A DNA stretch of 64,000 nucleotides, taken from an uncultured Cyclobacteriaceae bacterium (lineage in GTDB: Bacteria; Bacteroidota; Bacteroidia; Cytophagales; Cyclobacteriaceae). The notes beneath the pieces were generated by a model that had not been told where the DNA came from, ran no database searches, and was given only the letters and a program-made list of their open reading frames with translations. The position numbers were made by a program, and so were the translations under genes. Shown piece after piece: positions 59,201 through 64,000 of the stretch. The stretch lies in NCBI GenBank assembly GCA_943788235.1, contig CALSPM010000002.1, forward strand, positions 469,983 to 533,982, written 5' to 3'. The stretch's first letter is position 1, and each line of letters opens with the position of its first letter.

Positions 59201-60937
59201 TAATTCTAAAGAAAATAAGCCTATGCCATCAATTGTCAATGCCGTGATAAATTCATCCTTACCATCCTGATCAATATCAATTGCCTTGTTATATGGCGTA
59301 ATTCCATAACCCCTGTGCCATCTTATTGCTGTTGAGAATGAGGTAAAAGACTCACTAAAAACACTCACGGATGAATTCTCATCAATATTCATGAAAGTAG
59401 AAAATGGGGTACTCAAAAAGGCACCACTATGATTATCTACAATAATATCCGGCTTGCCATTACTATCAAAATCACTGATAGTAAGCTCTGATACCTTTTC
59501 TAATTTAAAGAATTTAAAATTATTATTTTCTAAGTCAAAAATTTTCATAGTTGCCGGTTGCAGGACCGAGCCAGACCAATACCGTTTCTTGATACCGAAA
59601 GCCTCTGGCTTCTCATCAGCATCCATATTGATCAAATGTACCTCATTAAAAAAATCATCCATCAACTCAGTACTTGCCGCAAAATTCAGTCCTTCAACAG
59701 CAAAATCTGGTGAGCTTGCAAAGGCAGATACTCCGAACTTGCTATCGATATTTTGGATCGAAACACTGTACGTGCCTTTTTCTAAGAAATATTCTAGCTC
59801 CTTGGCTCCAGCACCTGTATAAACTAAGCCATTTACATCAGCAACTCCGCCTGTAGTGCTTGTGGTGTATAATGTATTGCAATTATTCCCACTACATATT
59901 TTGATGTTGTAATAATCCGAACTCGTCGTGAAATTGATTTTCACCTTACTACCTGCGATGGTAGTGACCGGCGCACTCGGTGCTGCTACCTCGCTACTCG
60001 GTGTAACTGTGTAAGTGTTGGTAAACATAGCTAATCTACTTCCACCAAATTCGCTTCCAGTCATTCTTCCATGATAAGCTATGTCAAGGGCAGCACCACT
60101 ATTGAGTCTACCCAAATCGTAGCTCACTCTCATGTTCTGACCATCCATAAAAAAAGATTCTGATGAGTAATATCCCTTCTTCTGCTCAAGTTCACCGTTA
60201 GCGTTGATATTAAATAATCCAGGCGTAAAATATCTATCCCATTCTCCTGCATTTTCATTGGAAACCAAGGCAACGATACTCACCGTATTATCTTTAAGCA
60301 CAGCTATTTTTGGGGCAAAAACAGCACCATAATATTCTGAAACGGAAATAACCGAGTCACTAGAAATTCTTAAGTTCAACGGGACCTCAGTCCAAGTACT
60401 GTCATTATCAGTCAGTTCATATCGTATTAAATAACCACTTGAATTATCTGCTTTCTGAGGAGTATGAGCAACTAACAAATCTCCAGCACCATCTCCATCC
60501 AAATCACCAAAAGCTAATGTAATATTCTTATCAGAATTATTACCAGCTCCTCTAAGTTGATCAGTAATAGAGAGGCCCTCGTTATATACAAGGTCTCCAC
60601 CTTCCTGTAAATAAACTAACAGATCTTTTGCTTCACTTTGACCGCTCCACCTTCGCTCTAGGATCAAATCAGTCTTGGTATCACCATTGATATCTGCAAC
60701 AAAGGCATTGTTGAAGTCTCCTAGCCATTCATTATTTATATTGTTTAACTGTTTTGAGCTCACTCTCGGCCCATCAGAAAGAAACTCATAAATAGTAACT
60801 CCAGACGATTCTCCATGTACTGCATCGACGCGACCGTCTCCGGTGATGTCACCCCCAAACCATTTTTTGAGCCCCGTAGAAATTGATTCCATTACCCGTA
60901 TACTCGGCGGTAGGAGCCAAAAATACACCCAATCCAT
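53267..60937 (-). CDS. C-terminal 2556-codon ORF of a giant T9SS-sorted adhesin: FG-GAP/VCBS repeats, FN3-like modules, two cadherin-like repeats, T9SS C-terminal domain
   Basis: About twenty D.D.DGD.D-type Ca-binding loops were counted by eye (e.g. VDFDNDGDLDLV, GDYDGDSDLDMA). Cadherin-like VNQAPVL...GTDPNGDDITFAIVAGN is present. The tail AYPNPTAGEIEVEI...GIYLMTVKD...RIVKF is typical of a Por/T9SS CTD. The first 40 residues contain no signal peptide, so this ORF is not a complete gene. Confidence 0.8.
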   Translation of the reverse strand: MDWVYFWLLPPSIRVMESISTGLKKWFGGDITGDGRVDAVHGESSGVTIYEFLSDGPRVSSKQLNNINNEWLGDFNNAFVADINGDTKTDLILERRWSGQSEAKDLLVYLQEGGDLVYNEGLSITDQLRGAGNNSDKNITLAFGDLDGDGAGDLLVAHTPQKADNSSGYLIRYELTDNDSTWTEVPLNLRISSDSVISVSEYYGAVFAPKIAVLKDNTVSIVALVSNENAGEWDRYFTPGLFNINANGELEQKKGYYSSESFFMDGQNMRVSYDLGRLNSGAALDIAYHGRMTGSEFGGSRLAMFTNTYTVTPSSEVAAPSAPVTTIAGSKVKINFTTSSDYYNIKICSGNNCNTLYTTSTTGGVADVNGLVYTGAGAKELEYFLEKGTYSVSIQNIDSKFGVSAFASSPDFAVEGLNFAASTELMDDFFNEVHLINMDADEKPEAFGIKKRYWSGSVLQPATMKIFDLENNNFKFFKLEKVSELTISDFDSNGKPDIIVDNHSGAFLSTPFSTFMNIDENSSVSVFSESFTSFSTAIRWHRGYGITPYNKAIDIDQDGKDEFITALTIDGIGLFSLELENFNDSTILWPGFIDRNEGSTQYKGKYPLFWSKMDASGRSDYRGMAHTYLNLDGDGDTDHLIAVNMDGSGLARSALYAIESKSSGAVQGYYLNSFADKSILDMQIFGEDASKYTVILSYVTGNDYHSDAVRTREINFLKLEISKSEDFFQELKKAMENVTTLMPVNYKSQTSSAIAYSDFALEGMPVTHSFAIADINNDGLNDIVGVGSNTSETWNGQAILNFYLQNANGGLDQYISQVTTEAKNFSFISSINLVDINADQKVDVVVSGRIRQSDNGKTLGFINNTDVTVGGALSAPTELIGQNNGFKVELKWSDTNSGKIGYAAQVGTEEGNFNLSTGNLNASGYPLFPDRFESFQKSKRRVFDAYDLADAYYFKLKAIDQYGNTSAFSAAETVSTTEPFTKMDQAIPGISNGNVAWGDYDRDGDLDLALMGTEQGYITKLYRNDLGVFVDSNNELARQSEGDLGWVDFDNDGYLDLVVTGKDLEAATVLNIYKNDGAGTLVKIDNGTPIDGVTDATLAFGDSDADGDIDMVLAGLTVSEDGQQINYIMNLYENEYNTSGGALIFKRNDKFNREGFTNGDIEFADLDNDGDLEIIYAGTGKGDNPVGGIISNTRAGLTGGTYDYSGQLQLGEASISVGDIDSDGDLDIIATGIAGQGNDVRENVTRMFTNEYYAIDSLRAYINFNVRDNDEIQSLADGDIDLIDFDNDGDLDLLVSGKDNNALPTTILYAQAGGSFFVVKTPFDSVMQSSVRWADFDTDGDMDVFISGKTTSKSITQLFENNTGNIVNTSPSVPTNLKVTDFGFGKVRLSWDRSNDDYTEKSSVSYVIALGDSTGVSNLFATESNLETGTRLTAKPSAALQDFLYLELDPGAYHFAVQAVDANYSGSAFSAFTPFEMSYAWKELNLGGIVDNKLPAGEDASLKFSDFDGDGDFDLAIFGKNPDRQWDLGLLGNNAGSFNKIFDFEWMTKGDFDWADVNGDGTLDVFMTGEDPNDETRTIANLYLNYSEQVENLGGDDGFDDEDNNFDEDWEPFAWTTDMLIGNWRVLPFEGSLAVGPNPYEQTPSLEDQYWWIGQDGNMRECYTDDLLTFGADGSFSIDFQNFTWIEGWQIGDEDPYSGNCGNPADENVIGINPNGEFSYQVSLPSEDGLNGVTDAQLTLFGVGAYIGVPKAYNGGEIADPQGNINIDPNSIMQRTYTYRLFDENTMMVSVDVGGSYWTTILGRDGVEGTAGGRLALANDFSGNVNFGQSGIQFKPLVNAKAKFIDFDNDGLPELIYAGSTSSTSAGVAAVYVYYFDNMNGNLQAYELQLENEFPVLTGSSIAFGDVDNDQDYDLILAGSSPASGRVTDVYLNEGINANGQLIMKKDELNAGVITGVSNGTLDLVDFDNDGDLDLVVSGDSFSGDILQLYRNDEGVYTSISETLSGLAAMKNGRTSWGDFDGDGNADMLYSGEVLGKGEFTGLALYDQVTATYKEDAFDLSQFTNAAVAFGDYDGDSDLDMALTGVNKNYDESDPGSNKYISKLYVNVRNESALLDSAADDTASGRMATVGKFKVNKPPSPPKASRVTKVDNAPALYSFRRPSDGGDNPSARIQDERQMMEFNWEPSEDDNTPSAGLTYALRIGTASGKSDIFDAQANADGSRKASGKGNTEHNTSWSVALDPGTYYWAVQAIDPSYASSVFSDEETFTLLPGGGVEVNQAPVLQDDEFGIRDIVENGFEVGNVMGTDPNGDDITFAIVAGNIDQPFYIDPSTGQIVVINNESFDAETRDEYSLQVTGSDELLSDTATVLIKLEKNEAPIGESGSETISEALENGAIVAQLVVSDANQDEILFEIVSGDDNGTFKIENGNLVIANSGGLVANTTVELLIKLSDPYGAESDFTFSVVIEAEVLGFNEVLRAVKAYPNPTAGEIEVEIASGSQLEIVVSDLSGRIVQTKQVNRTGVTIDIADEVAGIYLMTVKDLNSSEVRTFRIVKF

Positions 60938-61980
60938 TATTGATTAAATAAGCTGTTTTGCTTGAATTTCCAATGACCACATCCAAATAACCATCTTGAT
61001 TGATGTCAAGAGGTTTGGCATAAGTGTATTCACTCCAGTCCTCGTGCAGGGTCGTTGAATGTGCTGTCCGCCGCATCATAAAGCTTCACTATGTACCGAT
61101 CATTATCATCTGTTCTTGCTATATACAATACCTCATCAATGCCATCATTATCAGCATCAAACATGTCAACGGCAGTATAGTAGCAACAATGAGGACTGGT
61201 TTCAGTCGCAAAATAAGGAGCAAAAATCAATTCTGGCTTGTCCAAGTGCATTTTCGTAGGGCCCAATATCAGGCTTAGATCCTGCTTGGACTGGGTCTGG
61301 TAGTTCCTTTGATATCCAAAACATCACTTGAGGCTATACCCGCTCCTATCAATATCACTCGAGGAAGTCAATTGATAGTCACGATTGGCCGCATCAACAA
61401 AGGCCGTACCAGCACCCACCAAATTATTAGCACCATATCTATCAAGTCTCGTAGTCGAGGTGAACATTACTATTAATTAAGTTATTTTGTATGGTTAATT
61501 TACTTGGCTTGGTTGAACCCCATTGGGCTTGAGGCTGCTATTCAAGAATAATTGAGTTTTGAACCACCCCAGTCATAATTTTCCACATCATTGAAAGATT
61601 TAATCCGTTTCCCATCAAAGCTATGATTCACCGTATATTCTCGGACAGTTTCCTATCCTTACCGAATGATCCACATCTGCGCCTTCGTTGTCATAAAAAA
61701 CACTATTGAGCACCGTTAATTTATCTAATTTTTGCGCCATCAATCCACCGGCAGTACAATTCGTTGTCTCCCTAAGGCATCATTACCGTAAACTGTGATA
61801 TTACTCAGCGAGAGTTCTTGAGACTCAAATACACCAATACCCGAACCATCACCATTTTGAACTTTATTATTGTAAATACTTGAATTGGAAATGTTGATTT
61901 TCTTTGCTCCTTGTGCAAATACTCCCGCAGCATTCTTCCAATTGGATTCACTGACTTGATGATCGTAAATATGTACAAAG
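60938..61980 (-). pseudogene. frame-broken linker of the giant adhesin gene (end of the right-handed beta-helix domain plus the first FG-GAP repeats)
   Basis: Manual three-frame translation gives contiguous domain-like peptides that hop frames. In order: ISGSSVDLDFVHIYDHQVSESNWKNAAGVFAQGAKKINISNSSIYNN..., TNCTAGGLMAQKLDKLTVLNSVFYDNEGADVDHS, TVREYTVNHSFDGKRIK..., WGSTKPSKLTIQNNLINSNV, GAGTAFVDAANRDYQLTSSS and KPDIGPYE. These are followed by track ORFs 61030..61266 and 60849..61079 (DADNDGIDEV, DINQDGYLDVVIGN). Confidence 0.65.
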
Positions 61981-64000
61981 TCAAGATCGACTGACGATCC
62001 CGAAATGTATCAAGCCTGTACCTTTCACACTTTTTTGTTTGATATTGATTAGCCCCATGTAACGGTTTCCATTCTCACCTAAAATTTTATCCCAAATGGC
62101 CTCACTATCGACTTTGATTATAGTTGCCTGCGGGATATTTTCTTTAACATATTGAACTGCCTCTGCATATTTAAAACCCTTATTTACTGTGTAGAAAGAA
62201 CGGCTACCATCATTAAAACTCCAATTTTTATCTCCTTCTGGAAAAGTAAAAGTTAAAATCTTATCATCAGCAATTGACTGGTTATTAGATAGCGTAATGT
62301 TATTTTGATCCGTGATTGACGCCACAGTAACTGTTCCTGATATTCCATCTCCTATTACTATATCTCCTACCTCAATAGTTCCAACATTAGCATCTAGTAC
62401 CAATGCTGTCGTTCCACTGATCGCTCCATTTACTGTGGCGGTAACAGTCGGGGCTTCAATCCAGATACCGGCATCACAACAATCAAGGTTGCTCCAGAAA
62501 GTAGCATTTTTGCCATCAGCTTGAATAATGGCAACAGCAACTGGATTGACATTTCCAGTAACATTGTCATCAGAAAGTATTTTTCCATTACCATCCCAAT
62601 CAATGATATTTAAAATATCATCAGGAACAACAGTCCCGTCTTCATACACCCATCCACGACTTGAACCAGCCTCATCTGTATTAATACCTCCACTTCCTTG
62701 AATGGCAAGTCCTCGAATGATCACTCCTTCAGTATTCAATATGGATACAACAGATCCTGCATTTACTGTACCCTTAATGATTGTCTTTTTAATATCTGCA
62801 TCACTCATGCCCGCGCTGTAAGATGTAGACTGGATGGTCAAGCCCTCATTAATGACCAAATTCTCAGTGTAGGTGCCCTCTCCAATTTTGATTGTATCCC
62901 TGTTTTGTGCTGCTAAAATAGCTTTGCCAATGGTGACAAAGGCAGTTGATACGGAAGTACCATTATTACTGTCACTTCCAGACTTCGAAACATGGAATAC
63001 ACCAATGGATCTAGATATCTTCAATGTGAAGAATTCAGTCAGTGACGCCGTAAAAGTTAATTCCACATTATCAGACAATGATAGATTCTCAGAAAGAGTA
63101 ATATTACTTTGATCACTAACTTTTCTTACTGTTACAGTTCCAGATATTCCAGTCCCTGTCACAATATCACCCACTTTGATGTCTCCGGCATTATTATCTA
63201 CTACCAAAGCAGTTTCACCGCTAATAGCACCATTCACACTCGCAGTTGAAGTACCCACATTATTACTCTCAAATTTGATAGATCCTTTATCATCTATTGA
63301 ACCAGCTGCCAAAATGTACAATGTACTTTCTCCCGCCACCAAAGTGTGCGGAGAGCTTAAATCTGAATAATTACCATCAGTATTTTTCTTCTGAATTTTT
63401 AGTGAGCTTGCGTTTGAGGTTGAAAGATTAAATTTGGTATAATCTAAATCGTTATCAATGTCTTCAAAAATTTCTTTAATCGATACCGCTAATCGCGTTC
63501 CTTGAGGAAGCAATTGGTCAGGTATAGAATTTACAATAGTGGCTTTATCATCCACATTATTGACAACGATAGTCATCGTATCGTTTACGGTTCTAAAACC
63601 ACTTGTCACGCTCACTGGAAGCTTATAAGTTCCTATTTTATCCGCTTGGCTAGTGAAGGTGAACTCATCTTCTGCCACTTCATAAGTTACTCTAACAATG
63701 TTATTGGTATCATTTTCAATAATTCCAGCCGTATTGGCTTCAAGAGAATCGGCCAAATAATCAGCAAAAGTTACTTTTATAGAATCAGGATCACCATTGT
63801 CTGCATCCGCAAAAAGTACATTGGCCTTCTTTTTAAAATTTGCAAAATCTTCATTTACTGTAATAGGATCTTCAGCATCGATCAAAGCAGGTGCATTGTC
63901 AATAACCAATTTGACTGTTTTTGTAAAACTCTTGCCACTGGCTTCCGCCGTAATATGGACATTTCCTGCATACTTAGTACTCGCAGCAACAGCGATATTG
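61981..64000 (-). CDS. upstream ORF of the giant adhesin (cadherin-like segments, duplicated 65-aa module, start of the right-handed beta-helix); open to the window edge
   Basis: The frame stays open from 63909 to base 64000 (..NIAVAASTKYAGNVHITAEASGKSFTKTVKLVIDNAPAL..). FHVSKSGSDSNNGTS..AFVTIGKAILAAQNRDTIKIGEGTYTENLVI is a typical beta-helix N-cap. Confidence 0.7.
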   Translation of the reverse strand, partial: NIAVAASTKYAGNVHITAEASGKSFTKTVKLVIDNAPALIDAEDPITVNEDFANFKKKANVLFADADNGDPDSIKVTFADYLADSLEANTAGIIENDTNNIVRVTYEVAEDEFTFTSQADKIGTYKLPVSVTSGFRTVNDTMTIVVNNVDDKATIVNSIPDQLLPQGTRLAVSIKEIFEDIDNDLDYTKFNLSTSNASSLKIQKKNTDGNYSDLSSPHTLVAGESTLYILAAGSIDDKGSIKFESNNVGTSTASVNGAISGETALVVDNNAGDIKVGDIVTGTGISGTVTVRKVSDQSNITLSENLSLSDNVELTFTASLTEFFTLKISRSIGVFHVSKSGSDSNNGTSVSTAFVTIGKAILAAQNRDTIKIGEGTYTENLVINEGLTIQSTSYSAGMSDADIKKTIIKGTVNAGSVVSILNTEGVIIRGLAIQGSGGINTDEAGSSRGWVYEDGTVVPDDILNIIDWDGNGKILSDDNVTGNVNPVAVAIIQADGKNATFWSNLDCCDAGIWIEAPTVTATVNGAISGTTALVLDANVGTIEVGDIVIGDGISGTVTVASITDQNNITLSNNQSIADDKILTFTFPEGDKNWSFNDGSRSFYTVNKGFKYAEAVQYVKENIPQATIIKVDSEAIWDKILGENGNRYMGLINIKQKSVKGTGLIHFGIVSRS

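Noticed and set aside
56196-59822. Plus-strand ORFs of 117-122 aa (56196..56549, 56754..57122, 59454..59822) inside the giant adhesin gene
   Set aside because: These Ser/Pro/Lys-rich translations are the antisense image of the Asp/Gly-rich FG-GAP repeats. They have no start context and are fully embedded in a strongly supported minus-strand ORF.
53267-61300. Periodic DNA repeats that might suggest a CRISPR array or satellite
   Set aside because: The periodicity is at the codon level (D.D.DGD.D loops every 50-70 residues), with diverged DNA and no constant direct repeats or unique spacers. These are coding-domain repeats.

Overview
AT-rich chromosomal segment that looks like Bacteroidota (Flavobacteriia/Cytophagia-like). 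Support: a T9SS C-terminal sorting domain, TAnnTTTG -7 promoter boxes, a Bat/VWA module and typical Bacteroidota DUF families. All family calls come from reading motifs by eye in the supplied translations; no searches were run.

Housekeeping content: trhO (partial), polyphosphate glucokinase, the oxidative pentose-phosphate cluster gnd / zwf-pgl-gntK, rluE-like, era, der, initiator tRNA-Met, murQ, mutS2, yggS, coaD and pyrE.

Three regions stand out:
1. Twelve co-directional minus-strand genes (15354-31806). Both ends read as a SusC/SusD-less beta-1,3-glucan (laminarin-type) import and cytoplasmic breakdown system. It contains two GPH-type MFS transporters (one with an extra soluble domain in a periplasmic loop), GH1, a YihX-like HAD phosphatase, an M50 protease, a lipoprotein clan GH-A enzyme, a 1154-aa signal-peptide-less protein proposed as a GH149-type phosphorylase, and two signal-peptide-less GH17 enzymes.
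2. A truncated Bat module (DUF58, a membrane protein, BatA) with no MoxR ATPase and no BatB-E.
3. A giant gene (over 10.7 kb, running off the right edge) for a T9SS-sorted FG-GAP/VCBS, beta-helix and cadherin-like adhesin. Its frame is broken about ten times inside one 1.1-kb patch, while the flanking 7.7-kb and over 2-kb ORFs stay intact.

Other local disruptions:
- A +1 frameshift in a CT repeat near the 3' end of gntK.
- A single in-frame TAG exactly at the signal-peptide cleavage site of a secreted protein gene.
- A roughly 1-kb stretch (6.8-7.9 kb) holding only multi-frame ORF fragments plus an orphan terminator.

No rRNA, CRISPR array, transposase or integrase was seen.
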